Positions 1-14,912 of a stretch of DNA of 64,000 bases are shown here, piece by piece. A program made the translations under genes and the position numbers. The notes under the pieces were generated by a model, which made no database searches, was not told where the DNA came from, and saw only the letters and a list, made by a program, of their open reading frames with translations. The stretch lies in contig NIVC01001651.1 in the NCBI GenBank assembly GCA_002269645.1, positions 1 to 64,000 of the forward strand. The letters are read 5' to 3'. The stretch comes from Macrostomum lignano (lineage: Eukaryota). How positions within the stretch are numbered: position 1 is the first letter of the stretch; every line of letters begins with the position of its first letter.

Positions 1-330
1 TGGTCTGTCATGTGTGTATTACTGTGTCTGTCTTGTGTGTCTTGTTGTGTCTGCTCTTGTGTGTCTTGTTGTGTCTGTCATGTTGTGTCTTGCTGTGTCT
101 GTCTTGTGTGTCTGCTGTGTCTGTCTGTGTGTCTTGTTGTGTCTGTCTTGTGTGTCTTGCTGTCTGTCTGCCAGTGTGTCCTTGCTGTGTCTGCCATGTG
201 TCCTTGCTGTGTCTGCCATGTGTCCTTGCTGTTTGCATGTGTCCTTGCTGGTGTCTGCCATGTGTCCTTGCTGTCTTGCCATGCTGTCTTGCTGTCTCTG
301 CATGTGTCCTTGCTGTTCTGTCTTGCTGCA
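1..330. repeat. Degenerate TGTC/TGTG-rich microsatellite
   Basis: Low-complexity TGTGTC(T)TG repeats; the overlapping ORFs in all frames are low-complexity artefacts. Confidence 0.9.
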
Positions 331-939
331 CTCAAAAAGCGATAAATCCATTCTGATCTTTTCCTTTCTGTCTGCCCGCCTCACCGATTATTTTCTACAA
401 CCTCTCATTCCATTGTTCCGCTGTAAAAAAAACTTTTAAAGTCGCATACACGAGAATCCCGCCTCCCCTTCTTGTCTTCCATGGCAAAGAAACTCCATTG
501 CGAAACTGTTGCATAACTTTTGGCCCCCGACAAGACCAGCTCTTCCAAGTCTGACACAAAAAAGTGGAACATATGCGACCGACAAGAAAGTGAGTCGGAG
601 AATGAAAGAAACTGAAAAGTTGAGTTTGGCCAGATGGCTCCAAACGCTAAACAGCTATTGGGTAAGCGGTGACTGTTGTGGCAGCCGTTCCGTGTCAGAG
701 GGGGGGGGTTAAGCAGCATGCATGGTCACCCGCCGGGCTGCTTAACAAAATAAGTTTCACGCCTCGGTTCTGCTGGCTTCAGGAGGAGCCTTCGATAGAC
801 TCCAGATATGCGTTCGTTGTCTCATTAGTCCTCCAATGCTTTCATAATTTGGTTAAGAAAATTGAATTTTTATTGCTAATTGCAGTTTCACTTGGCAAGA
901 GAATGCTTGATAAGATAGAGAACTGAGGGGCACAGCTAA

Positions 940-1943
940 GATAGTGTAGATAGATTCAGATAGAATGTAGATAGATGTAGATATACTGTAGATTCGAGAT
1001 GTAGATATACTGTAGATAGATTCAGATAGAGTGTAGATATGATAGAGTGTAGATAGATGCAGATAGAGTGTAGATAGATGCAGATAGAGTGTAGATAGAT
1101 GCAGATAGAGTGTAGATAGATGCAGATAGGGTGTAGATAGATGCAGATAGAGTGTAGATAGATGCAGATAGAGTGTAGATAGATGCAGATAGAATGTAGA
1201 TAGATGCAGATAGAATGTAGATAGATGCAGATAGAGTGTAGATAGATGCAGATAGAGTGTAGATAGATGCAGATAGAGTGTAGATAGATTCAGATAGAGT
1301 GTAGATAGATTCAGATAGAGTGTAGATAGATTCAGATAGAGTGTAGATAGATGCAGATAGAATGTAGATAGATTCAGATAGAGTGTAGATAGATGTAGAT
1401 AGAGTGTAGATAGATGCAGATAGAGTGTAGATAGATTCAGATAGAGTGTAGATAGATTCAGATAGAGTGTAGATAGATTCAGATAGAATGTAGATAGATG
1501 TAGATAGAGTGTAGATAGATGCAGATAGAGTGTAGATAGATTCAGATAGAGTGTAGATAGATTCAGATAGAGTGTAGATAGATGCAGATAGAATGTAGAT
1601 AGATTCAGATAGAGTGTAGATAGATGTAGATAGAGTGTAGATAGATGCAGATAGAGTGTAGATAGATTCAGATAGAGTGTAGATAGATTCAGATAGAGTG
1701 TAGATAGATGCAGATAGAATGTAGATAGATGTAGATAGAGTGTAGATAGATGCAGATAGAGTGTAGATAGATTCAGATAGAGTGTAGATAGATTCAGATA
1801 GAGTGTAGATAGATGCAGATAGAGTGTAGATAAATTCAGATAGAATGTAGATAGGTGTAGATATACTGTAGCTAGATTCAGATAGAATGTAGATAGATGT
1901 AGATAGAGTGTAGATAGATGTAGATAGAGTGTAGATAGATGCA
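940..1943. repeat. 21-bp GATA-rich minisatellite (GATAGAGTGTAGATAGATGCA/TTCA)
   Basis: Direct tandem units; produces the LHLSTLY and SIYTLSA heptapeptide pseudo-ORFs. Confidence 0.95.
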
Positions 1944-3874
1944 GAAGGCCCGCAGAGACACAACAGAAAAGAGCCAGTGAGATCAGACAGAGTGAAATGG
2001 AATGAAGAGATGGATGTTGATGAAGCTGAGGATGGACACGGAAGCTGGACCGGCCGTCCCCAGAGATGACCGGTGAAAAATCAGTTATTATTCGGGGGGA
2101 GGAGAGAGGGGAACTGCGGTAGTCGGCTAGCAATCTTCCCCAAGTCACGAGAGACAGGGGATGGGGTTAGCGGGGAGAAATCTTCCCTGATTGCCGGTCA
2201 CGCATTCGGGAGGAAGAAGCAAAGATGATGATTGTTTTCCAATACCCGCCGTTTGCCTTGGCCGCTAATAGGCTGCCTCAGAGCGGCGAGGGGTGTAATC
2301 AGGTTCTCAGGGACCGCTGAGGGTCTCTAAATCGCCATCGCTCCCTCCTCCACAATTTCATGCCTAGATTTCTCGTTTTCCTTTGAGAAGCAGAAATCGA
2401 GAGACAAAATAGGGGGAGTTGGGTGGTGGAATGAGAGAGAAATTGAAGAATCAGACAAAAATGGATCAATATTGAAGCCCCAAATGGAAAGCAATTTCTG
2501 AGTGCCAATTTGACCAAATAGTTAATGCCGCTTCACTCGTTCCGCCTTCCTTTCCAATTGGAATCTGGCGGCGAACTTCCGAACTCATAATCTTTCTCTC
2601 TCTCTGCTCCTGATTGAGGCCGGACAAGGCCTGTTTTAGACAACCTTAACTTCTTCTGTGTCAGGCAGTTCGAGTTCTGAGCACAGCTAGTTGAGCACAA
2701 AGGCGAATTGAGAAAGAGTCTCAGAGATGAAAGACTGCCTCAAGAGAGTCACTTAGCTTGATGAGGCTGCAGGGGGGTATGTGGGATAACCTTCAGGTAG
2801 GCAACTGCCCGCTCGGATCGTGTGGCTTATCCGACATTTCTTTTTAACACCTCTCCCGCCGCCTCGCTGCTCAAATATAAATTCCTTAAGCTGCCAGGGG
2901 AGAGGAGATTAGCGCCGGACCTGGGGAGCGGCCTAAAATCCCAGATTTATCCCTGTGTGTCCCGCTCTGGTCTCGAGTAGCATCAGTGAGAGTTAATCCG
3001 GCGCTGACGAACGCGGTCGAGCCAAAAAGCCCGGCAATCCATTAGGAGGGCCGCTGCTTTCACTCGCGGATAAAATTTCGCTCATTACACGGCCGCCTTT
3101 CATTCTTCTTCTGCTTCTAAAAGCTTAATCCCGGAGACAGCTGCCCGCCCGGCTGTCTCGGGTTGCCGGCCACCCGTGCGCCGCCGACCCGACCCGCCTT
3201 CTCTCGAGATGTTTTTGCCGCGCGTCTTCTGCTTTTAGAAGCAGCAGGAACTGGGGTTCTCAAGCGCCTAAGACAACAGAGAAGCGAATGAGGCGGTTTA
3301 ACTTGGCAAACAGAAGAGAATCGCCCAAGTCTCTCTCGCTTTGGAAATCTTCAAAAAGCTCTTGCGCGCATATTTTGTAAACAAAATTTTTCAATCAATT
3401 TTTCTGTTACGAGCCAGTTGCCATGCAGCTGGAAAATCCTTGAAAGTTAAAGCGCGAGAAGAAATGCTTAAGTAGGTGACGTCACGATCTCAGGAATTTT
3501 TTCTGAGAATGAAAATTTGTGTTTGGGTGAAAATGAGCAAACACGCACAACACTCACACTCTTGAGAATCTGTTGACTATGCGAGCACTTCAAATCTGAC
3601 TGGAGTTTGGATTTAACATCTGCGCTGAAGGCTTCTATTATAGTGTACACAATATGGAACGCCCGCCGCCAACACCGCTGAGTCGCGGAAGCAGACAGAA
3701 GCAGGCAGACACCTGTTCTATAAAGTGATTAACATTCAAGCTTCCCTGCCTTGGCTTGGAGCTAAGAAAGAGCTTCGCATATTGAAGTATCTGTCTGGCT
3801 TTTGTCAAGCTATTTTCTCAAAATACATAATAAGCTGCCGTTCGGCTTTTACTGCATCCTGTGTGCCTAGAAGT

Positions 3875-5200
3875 GACTAGAATGAACTAGAGTGACTAGG
3901 AGTGATTGAGAGTGAACGGAAGGGATTGGGAGTGATTGGGAGTGCCTAGGAGTAACTAGGAAGGACTAGGAAAGACTAGAATCGACTAGGAGTGACTAGA
4001 ACCGACTAGGAGTGACTAGAACTGACTAGGAGTGACTAGAACCGACTAGGAGTGACTAGAACCGACTAGGAGTGACTAGAACCGACTAGGAGTGATTAGA
4101 ACCGATTAGAAGAGACTAGAACCGACTAGAAGTGACTAGAACCGACTAGGAGTGACTAGAACCGACTAGGAGTGACTAGAACTGACTAGGAGTGACTAGA
4201 ACCGACTAGGAGTGACTAGAACCGACTAGGAGTGACTAGAACCGACTAGGAGTGACTAGAACCGACTAGGAGTGACTAGAACCGACTAGGAGTGATTAGA
4301 ACCGATTAGAAGAGACTAGAACCGACTAGGAGTGACTAGAACCGACTAGGAGTGACTAGAACCGACTTCTAATCTTTTGAACCGATTAGAAGAGACTAGA
4401 ACCGACTAGAAGTGACTAGAACCGACTAGGAGTGACTAGAACCGACTAGGAGTGACTAGAACTGACTAGGAGTGACTAGAACCGACTAGGAGTGACTAGA
4501 ACCGACTAGGAGTGACTAGAACCGACTAGGAGTGATTAGAACCGATTAGAAGAGACTAGAACCGACTAGGAGTGACTAGAACCGACTAGGAGTGACTAGA
4601 ACCGACTAGGAGTGACTAGAACCGACTAGGAGTGATTAGAACCGATTAGAAGAGACTAGAACCGACTAGGAGTGACTAGAACCGACTAGGAGTGATTAGA
4701 ACCGATTAGAAGAGACTAGAACCGACTAGGAGTGACTAGAACCGACTAGGAGTGACTAGAACCGACTAGGAGTGACTAGAACCGACTAGGAGTGACTAGA
4801 ACTGACTAGGAGTGACTAGAACCGACTAGGAGTAACTAGAACCGACTAGGAGTGACTAGAATCGTCTGGGAGTGACTAGAATCGACTGGGAGTGACTAGA
4901 ACCGACTAGGAGTGACTAGAACTGACTAGGAGTGACTAGAACCGACTAGGAGTAACTAGAACCGACTAGGAGTGACTAGAATCGTCTGGGAGTGACTAGA
5001 ATCGACTGGGAGTGACTAGAACCGACTGGGAGTGACTAGAACCGACTGGGAGTGACTAGAACCGACTGGGAGTGACTAGAATCGACTGGAGTGACTAGAA
5101 TCGACTGGGAGTGACTAGAATCGACTGGGAGTGACTAGAATCGACTGGGAGTGACTAGAACCGACTGGGAGTGACTAGAACCGACTGGGAGTGACTAGAA
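3875..5200. repeat. 20-bp minisatellite (GACTAGGAGTGACTAGAACC)n
   Basis: Direct tandem units with variant blocks (GATTAGAAGAGA, GACTGGGA). Confidence 0.95.
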
Positions 5201-5425
5201 GGTATATCAGTTAGTGAAAATTGGCAATTCAAGAGAGGTTCAGTCGCTGATAACACGCCAATGACCTCCAAGATCATCTGTCAAAAAATTCCTCACCTTC
5301 CATACGTATCCCTCCTCTTCTATTCTCTATAATTACACTGCTCAAAGTTTTTTTATCATTTACTTTTCAAAGCTAGCTGCATCGTGGCCCTAGGCATTGG
5401 AAATTGGGCCACTTGGATAAAAAAA

Positions 5426-5755
5426 TTAGCACCGTGTGTATTTAGCGCCAGTGCTCACTCTGAACGGACGACGGTACCGCCCACTTTTGGATCCGCCCAG
5501 GGCACCGATGACTCTGGAAAGCTCATCTAAAGAAATCTTTGTGCTGACGGCAATTCTGCCGATTTCGCTGGCTGCGTACGGCTGAGTACGGCTGTTCAGT
5601 CCAAGGACTGGGGGGTCGCCACACACACTCTCAATTACCCCAGCTAATGCTGGCACCCATTTTACAGCTGGGTGAACTGAAGCAATGCAGAGTTAAGAGA
5701 CAATTTTTCTAGTGGGATCGGGAATCGAACCCCCGACCTCGCGAGTCCACCTTCA
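5426..5755 (-). mobile_element. tRNA-derived CORE-SINE, 5'-truncated copy
   Basis: Reverse complement carries B box GGTTCGATTCC, then CTCTGCATTGCTTCAGTTCACCCAGCTGTAAATGGGTGCCAGCATTAGCTGGGGTAATTGA...GGCGACCCCCC, nearly identical to 23781-23975; 3' tail differs. Confidence 0.8.
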
Positions 5756-6539
5756 GGTCTGCATTAGAAAGGCGATTTCGGCACCAGCTGCCAGAGCACA
5801 CTTGGGAAGGCAGTTAGGTAGATGGTGTGTTAAAAAACCGCATGTCATCAATTTGAAGGCCGATGGTGATGGCGATAGATGGAGAATCTATTGCCCCAAG
5901 TCTTTGTGTCACCGGCTGGGGTGGTGGGGGGGGGTTCAATTCAATGTATAGAGAGGCACACAGAGGCCACAACACCTCGACTGCCTAGCGCACACATTAG
6001 CACACGACCGGGTTATTAAATTTTCAAGAAGTATAGAAATTCTCACTCACACACAGAGAGGCCTGGCGGATGGGCAGGGCGGGGCCGGCCGACTCTCTCA
6101 AATTTAAGACCACCCGCCGGGCCAGTTGTGGTCAAACAGGCGGGGCCCTGGCAAGGTGCGCCGGTCTCACACCTGCCAGACTGCATGCAGGGTGTCTATC
6201 GATGAACAATCGGACCACTCGACTCGGACATTTTGGTGTTGAGAATCTCGCAATCTGAGGAGAGGGACAGGGGGGGCTATGGATGTCAATTAGGGATTGT
6301 TGTTGGCCGACTCTTTCACCGCGTTCCACTCCTCCCAGCTGTCCCAAGGTGGGCGACAATTTAAAAAAATGACAGCTACGAATGATTTCTCAGAAAGATC
6401 ATTTTTTGTTAAGGATTTTGATTGTTTTTGGAATCAGAAAAGAGAATTCGAACCCTAATTCCCCTTCCTGTCGACTATGTTTCCTAGAAATGAAGCAATC
6501 GAATTGTGATTTAATTAGAACCACACTTCTTGGAATCTC

Positions 6540-7440
6540 TGTCTCCCTCATCTAGTCTCGCTTTCTAATAATTTCTCTTATCTTATCTCACTTTCTAAGA
6601 ATTTCTCTTATCTAATCTCACTTTCTAAGAATTTCTCTTATTTAGTCTTACTTTCTAAGAATCTATTTCATCAAGTCACACTTGCAAAGAACGTCTTCTA
6701 TCTAGTCTCACTTTCTTAGCAATTCGCCCTCAAGCGTATTTTTTAAAGAATTTCAATCTCATCTCTCATCTAGTCTCACTCTCTAAGAATCTTTCTCATC
6801 TAGTCTCAGTTTCTAAGAATCTTTCTCTCATCTAGTCTCACTTTCTAAGAATCGTTATTTCATCTAGTCTCACTTTCTAAGAATCTTTCTCTTATCTAGT
6901 CTCACTTTCTAAGAATCTTTCTCTCATCTAGTCTTACTATTTTAGAATCTCTCTCATCTAGTCTCACTTTCTAAGAATCTTTCTCTTATCTATTCTCACG
7001 TTCTAAGAATGTTTCTCTCATCTAGTCTTACTATTTTAGAATCTCTCTCATCTAGTCTCACTTTTTAAGAATCTTTCTCTCATCTAGTCTCACCTTTTAA
7101 GAATCTTTCTCTCATCTAGTCTCACTTTTTAAGAATATTTCTCTCATCTATTCTCACTTTTTAAGAATATTTCTCTCATCTATTCTCACTTTCTAAGAAT
7201 GTTTCTCTCATCTAGTCTTACTATTTTAGAATCTCTCTCATCTAGTCTCACTTTTTAAGAATCTTTCTCTCATCTAGTCTCACTTTTTAAGAATATTTCT
7301 CTCATCTATTCTCACTTTCTAAGAATCTTTCTCTTATCTATTCTCACGTTCTAAGAATGTTTCTCTCATCTAGTCTTACTATTTTAGAATCTCTCTCATC
7401 TAGTCTCACTTTCTTAGAAATTTTCCCTCAAATCTAGTTT
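6540..7440. repeat. ~30-bp AT-rich minisatellite (CTCTCATCTAGTCTCACTTTCTAAGAATCTTT)
   Basis: Direct tandem degenerate units. Confidence 0.9.
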
Positions 7441-8120
7441 CGCTTTCTTGGAATCTTCCACTCAAACTGTTATCCCGTCACTCATATTTCTAAAAAAGTT
7501 TCACACAGCTCAATGCAAGCTCATAAAACAGTCTGAAATGGCTCTCCATCCGAAATTTCATCCACTTATTCTCACCTTCCCAGCTTCCCCCTCTCAAGTT
7601 CTTTGACTTCCCCATCAAACATCGGTCTCAGCATCAGAGACTCCGCGCCCCGGTGTCGGCAAAATAATAATTAGTGTTTTGGAACTCGCGAGGAGAAGTG
7701 GAGTATCGACGCCGGGTCCAACAATCTGAGAGTGGGCGGAGCTGTTCAACTCTCTCCTGTGTTTGAGTCCCCGAGTTATTTTCATACTGTTTCATGCTGC
7801 TTTTTTGACGGACACCTCAACTGCGCCCGGTGTTGGTTACCCGGGCCTCGCCGGCCTGAATAATTAAGAAACAATCAAGTCCCGCGCCGCGATTGAAAAT
7901 GGATTTCTCCGCACTCTTCATCATCATCATCATCAGCTTGGCCAGCATCTCAGGCTGGGGGAGAAGCTGGCGGCTGCTCAGCAACTACAGGTAAAATGGG
8001 ATAGCTGAGGACAAAAACTTATGAGAAGGATGGGGGCGGATCCATACCTGTGTTTGTGTTTCATTCTACAGTAAAACACACCTACCACAACCACAGAGTC
8101 CTCACTGATGCTTTGAAGGC

Positions 8121-9486
8121 CCCGATCCCAGATCCCCGATCCCAGATCCCCGATCCCAGATCCCCGATCCCAGATCCCCGATCCCAGATCCCCGATCCCA
8201 GATCCCCGATCCCAGATCCCCGATCCCAGATCCCCGATCCCAGATCCCCGATCCCAGATCCCCGATCCCAGATCCCCGATCCCAGATCCCCGATCCCAGA
8301 TCCCCGATCCCAGATCCCCGATCCCAGATCCCCGATCCCAGATCCCCGATCCCAGATCCCCGATCCCAGATCCCCGATCCCAGATCCCCGATCCCAGATC
8401 CCCGATCCCAGATCCCCGATCCCAGATCCCCGATCCCAGATCCCCGATCCCAGATCCCCGATCCCAGATCCCCGATCCCAGATCCCCGATCCCAGATCCC
8501 CGATCCCAGATCCCCGATCCCAGATCCCCGATCCCAGATCCCCGATCCCAGATCCCCGATCCCAGATCCCCGATCCCAGATCCCCGATCCCAGATCCCCG
8601 ATCCCAGATCCCCGATCCCAGATCCCCGATCCCAGATCCCCGATCCCAGATCCCCGATCCCAGATCCCCGATCCCAGATCCCCGATCCCAGATCCCCGAT
8701 CCCAGATCCCCGATCCCAGATCCCCGATCCCAGATCCCCGATCCCAGATCCCCGATCCCAGATCCCCGATCCCAGATCCCCGATCCCAGATCCCCGATCC
8801 CAGATCCCCGATCCCAGATCCCCGATCCCAGATCCCCGATCCCAGATCCCCGATCCCAGATCCCCGATCCCAGATCCCCGATCCCAGATCCCCGATCCCA
8901 GATCCCCGATCCCAGATCCCCGATCCCAGATCCCCGATCCCAGATCCCCGATCCCAGATCCCCGATCCCAGATCCCCGATCCCAGATCCCCGATCCCAGA
9001 TCCCCGATCCCAGATCCCCGATCCCAGATCCCCGATCCCAGATCCCCGATCCCAGATCCCCGATCCCAGATCCCCGATCCCAGATCCCCGATCCCAGATC
9101 CCCGATCCCAGATCCCCGATCCCAGATCCCCGATCCCAGATCCCCGATCCCAGATCCCCGATCCCAGATCCCCGATCCCAGATCCCCGATCCCAGATCCC
9201 CGATCCCAGATCCCCGATCCCAGATCCCCGATCCCAGATCCCCGATCCCAGATCCCCGATCCCAGATCCCCGATCCCAGATCCCCGATCCCAGATCCCCG
9301 ATCCCAGATCCCCGATCCCAGATCCCCGATCCCAGATCCCCGATCCCAGATCCCCGATCCCAGATCCCCGATCCCAGATCCCCGATCCCAGATCCCCGAT
9401 CCCAGATCCCCGATCCCAGATCCCCGATCCCAGATCCCGATCCCAGATCCCCGATCCCAGATCCCCGATCCCAGATCCCCGATCCC
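8121..9486. repeat. Almost perfect 14-bp array (CCCGATCCCAGATC)n
   Basis: Homogeneous array with a single 1-bp deletion near 9437; source of the IPDPRSQ and GSGIWDR pseudo-ORFs. Confidence 0.97.
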
Positions 9487-10166
9487 TGACTCAAACTCAG
9501 CTTGACTCCATGCGGTCCCATGATGAAGTTGAGCAGCTCTCAGAAGCGGAGGAAAGCGAGCTGGAAAGTGAGAGTGAGTTGAGCAGGCGCTTGCAGGCTC
9601 CTAGAAATGATTGTGAGATGAATTGTTTGCTGAGTGGGTCTCGCCAGCCACTAAGCGAGAGGAAGGCAGGAGGCGGGAAGCAGCTTAATTCCTTGGCTGA
9701 CTCCTCCCAGTTTTTTATTTTCCCAAGGCCGTCCCCGGACCCCCTGGCTTGGCGGTGACGGGGTATTCCAGAGCTCTGCCTGATCCTCACTTTGGTGGGA
9801 AAACTCCACTCGCTTGGCGGGGATTTCGGGATGAATGTGTCGGGGAAAAAGTTGTCGGTCGGAGTGTCGGTTTCGTGCAATGAGTTGAGAGGGCAGAAAA
9901 CCATTGCCTTCTTTTGCCTGCTGTGGTTTTAATAACTCCCCCACCCCCGATTCACCTCTAGTCCCTACGATATAGGACTAACAGGGATAATCTTCCCCGC
10001 CTTACAGAATGACGACTTCTTTTAAGCCTCAAGAGGTTGTTAAATTTTTGTTCCGAGTTTTTTTAAGGATAAGCCAACTTTATGGCGTTGGGGTTTCTTT
10101 CTTCTGACTGTGTGAGATCCTCACGGGAATGAGGGCACACCTTTATAGCGAGTTTAGCTCTGTGTA

Positions 10167-10193
10167 CTAGCAATCTACGCTCCCCAACGGGAG
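10167..10193 (-). mobile_element. Helitron 3' terminus (hairpin + CTAG|T)
   Basis: Minus strand reads CTCCC-GTTG-GGGAG-CGTAGATTG-CTAG|T. It shares GATTGCTAG|T with the termini at 31972 and 58429, and a degenerate AGCAAGCATCC minisatellite lies internal at about 10290-10388. 5' end not found. Confidence 0.65.
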
Positions 10194-10262
10194 AAAGCAA
10201 TATGTTATAAAGAATTTAAATAAACTACATGAAGCTTCTGACCTTCAGCCTTGACGTCTCAG

Positions 10263-11400
<1,138 letters not shown>

Positions 11401-11885
11401 CATGAGGCCCGATCGGAATGAGCGGACTAAAAAGCAGCAAAGACAGACAGGCAGTTGAAGTCCCGTCGCAGAACCCACAGCATATCATTAGGTTGATAAT
11501 CAAAGACAAGTTTTAGAGCCTGTTTGACATGAGCGAGTCAGACACCCCGCAGGGCAGCGACCCTCAACAATGGCTGGATGTCTTTGTCAGTCCCGTCTCC
11601 TCCCTCTTGACTTGATTGTATTATAAAGTGTGCAATTTTTTGCTGTATTTTTAAAGCAAAAAAATCGCAACACTAAAACATGCGCAGGGAGTCGAATCAC
11701 CATCACCGTCATGCGGGTGGGCAGATTATGATCTGTTAGCATAATTGAGAAATGTCTCTTATGACAATTCATCACTTTACAGTCGATGATGCCCCAGGGG
11801 ACACGCGGTGAGGGGGGCGGCGGGCGATCGGCAACTCTTCATTTGTCGGACAAGTTTAGGCTGGCCAGTCTGCATGGCACAGAGA

Positions 11886-12082
11886 GTGTACATGCTTGAA
11901 GATTACAAAGTCAGGGCCGCTGAACACCCTGTGGGAGCGTGTGCATGAGTGCCTGCTTGGGTACAGTGTTGGCCGCTTGTATGTGCTCAGGAGTCTGAGG
12001 AATGGGCAGCATTGCATTGCCTCAGCGGTGCCTGTGGGACTGTGTCGCCGAAGGCGATACGCCATGGTGCACGCAGCCCTCC
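11886..12082 (+). repeat. Dispersed repeat related to 55448-55570
   Basis: Shared GTGTACATG...AAAGTCAGGGCCGCTG(A/T)ACAC and ...GGTGCAC(G/A)CAGCC segments. Confidence 0.45.
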
Positions 12083-12094
12083 TTAAAAAGGAGA

Positions 12095-12720
12095 GAGGAT
12101 AGAGGAAAGAGAAGAGACGAGAGAGGAGAGAGGAAGGAGGAGAGAGGAGAGAGGAGAGAGGAGAGAGGAGAGAGGAGAGAGGAGAGAGGAGAGAGGAGAG
12201 AGGAGAGAGGAGAGAGGAGAGGAGAGAGGAGAGAGGAGAGAGGAGAGAGGAGAGAGGAGAGAGGAGAGAGGAGAGAGGAGAGAGGAGAGAGGAGAGAGGA
12301 GAGAGGAGAGAGGAGAGAGGAGAGAGGAGAGAGGAGAGAGGAAGGAGAGAGAGGAGAGAGGAGAGAGGAGAGAGGAGAGAGGAGAGAGGAGAGAGGAGAG
12401 AGGAGAAAAGTGGAGAGATGAGAGAGGAGAGAGGAGAGAGGAGAGAGGAGAGAGGAGAGAGGAGAGAGGAGAGAGGAGAGAGGAGAGAGGAGAGAGGAGA
12501 GAGGAGAGAGGAGAGAGGAGAGAGGAGAAAAGTGGAGAGAGGAGAGAGGAGAGAGGAGAGAGGAGAGAGGAGAGAGGAGAGAGGAGAGAGGAGAGAGGAG
12601 AGAGGAGAGAGGAGAAAAGTGGAGAGAGGAGAGAGGAGAGAGGAGAAAAGTGGGGATGAGATCAGAGGAGAGATCCGATGAGAGATAAAAGGAGAGAAGA
12701 GAGAAGCGAGCTGAGAAGAG
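12095..12720. repeat. (GAGAGAG)n purine-rich 7-bp satellite
   Basis: Direct tandem units. Confidence 0.95.
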
Positions 12721-13285
12721 AAACAAACCTTGAGGGGGCCGGATTGCTATTGTGAAGATTCAAAACGTCCCGAGGGCCGGATAGAGAGGCTTCGCAAGCT
12801 GATAAAACTGAAGTCAGCCTGCCATTGTCTGAAAATTTGGGTTTTGTGGAGAAGAGTTCTCAGCCCTCCAGGTTCCGTTGCTGGGCCTCCTTGCCCCAGA
12901 GCAACCAGACAAGCCTTTTGAGTAAAAAAAAACTTGCGAATTTGATTGGCAACTGTTCGGTTCCAATAATTCATATAATTATCAATAATTCAGCAACCCC
13001 CCCCCCCCCTATGACTTACCTGATCTGCTCGGCAATTGGTGAAGGCGGTTTTCATGGATAGTTAAAAAATCATCGATAATAACCCTGCAGCGAAAGCAGC
13101 TCAACTGAGGAGAAAAAACTCGATTCGGCTCAAATATCCCGCAGTTTCTATGGGTGTCTCGGTGACCGAGTTCTCCAAAGTTTATTTTATGATTAAAAAG
13201 TGAGAATTCAAAACTCAAACCTCTCGAGTGTATTGAGAATTTTATCCCAAGGGAAAGCTTTGAGTATCTCATAAAAAATTTTGTG

Positions 13286-13960
13286 CCAGATCCTAGATCC
13301 CAGATCCTAGATCCCAGATCCTAGATCCCAGATCCTAGATCCCAGATCCTAGATCCCAGATCCTAGATCCCAGATCCTAGATCCCAGATCCTAGATCCCA
13401 GATCCTAGATCCCAGATCCTAGATCCCAGATCCTAGATCCCAGATCCTAGATCCCAGATCCTAGATCCCAGATCCTAGATCCCAGATCCTAGATCCCAGA
13501 TCCTAGATCCCAGATCCTAGATCCCAGATCCTAGATCCCAGATCCTAGATCCCAGATCCTAGATCCCAGATCCTAGATCCCAGATCCTAGATCCCAGATC
13601 CTAGATCCCAGATCCTAGATCCCAGATCCTAGATCCCAGATCCTAGATCCCAGATCCTAGATCCCAGATCCTAGATCCCAGATCCTAGATCCCAGATCCT
13701 AGATCCCAGATCCTAGATCCCAGATCCTAGATCCCAGATCCTAGATCCCAGATCCTAGATCCCAGATCCTAGATCCCAGATCCTAGATCCCAGATCCTAG
13801 ATCCCAGATCCTAGATCCCAGATCCTAGATCCCAGATCCTAGATCCCAGATCCTAGATCCCAGATCCTAGATCCCAGATCCTAGATCCCAGATCCTAGAT
13901 CCCAGATCCTAGATCCCAGATCCTAGATCCCAGATCCTAGATCCCAGATCCTAGATCCCA
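13286..13960. repeat. Perfect 14-bp array (CCAGATCCTAGATC)n
   Basis: Homogeneous tandem array related to 8121-9486. Confidence 0.97.
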
Positions 13961-14410
13961 CGTCCCAGCAAAAATATGACTGGAATTCCTAAAAGCGAGA
14001 CTCAGTTTCCAAATATTTGGATCAAAGTCAGCAGCAGTTGAAAATCCGAGTTTCTAAAACCCCCAGATGATGGCACCAGCAGAAATCTCAGGCCATTTCA
14101 ATCCAGTCATTTGAGCCATTGTAGCACCAATTTTCAAGTGCTCGATTAAAATGAAGAAAAAACAACGCAGATAAAAAATTGAAAACTGGAAACTCCAATG
14201 TTGACAAACATTTGCTCAGAACCCTGTCCCTCAGGCGCCAAGGCCCGCATTGGCTCAGGGAGCTCTCAGAAGCCCCTCTTCATCGTTTGGTGGCTCAGTC
14301 TCTTGAGGATTTCAAACTTTTAACCTAGCAGTTGACACGACACTCGACCGAAATAGAATGCTTTCTCTGACCAGCAGATCCTGGCTGGGAAATTCGTGGT
14401 TATACGAGCA

Positions 14411-14912
14411 TCTGTGTCACTCTGTGTCACTCTGTGTCACTCTGTGTCACTCTGTGTCACTCTGTGTCATTCTGTGTCACTCTGTGTCACTCTGTGTCAC
14501 TCTGTGTGTCACTCTGTGTGTCACTCTGTATCACTCTGTGTCACTCTGTGTCACTCTGTGTCACTCTGTGTCACTCTGTGTGTCACTCTGTGTCACTCTG
14601 TGTGTCACTCTGTGTCACTCTGTGTGTCACTCTGTGTCACTCTGTGTCACTCTGTGTCACTCTGTGTCACTCTGTGTCACTCTGTGTCACTCTGTGTCAC
14701 TCTGTGTCACTCTGTGTGTCACTCTGTGTCACTCTGTGTGTCACTCTGTGTCACTCTGTGTGTCACTCTGTGTCACTCTGTGTGTCACTCTGTGTCACTC
14801 TGTGTGTCACTCTGTGTCACTCTATGTGTCACTCTGTGCCAATCTGTGTCACTCTGTGTCACTCTGTGTCACTCTGTATGTCACTCTGTGTCACTCTGTG
14901 TCACTCTGTGCC
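14411..14912. repeat. (TGTCACTCTG/TGTGTCACTCTG)n 10-12-bp microsatellite
   Basis: Direct tandem units. Confidence 0.95.

Noticed and set aside
8-2148. Long ORFs of 107-431 aa over the first two repeat tracts
   Set aside because: Periodic translations of stop-free microsatellites, open in several frames, with no domain or splice support.
7899-7990. Possible signal-peptide first exon (MDFSALFIIIIISLASISG..., AG|GTAAAA)
   Set aside because: Hydrophobicity comes from a (CAT)n microsatellite, and no convincing downstream exon was found.
8050-9521. 479-aa ORFs on both strands
   Set aside because: Artefact of the 14-bp array.
9497-9944. Short acidic or Ser-rich ORFs after the array
   Set aside because: No recognisable domain and no consistent splice structure.
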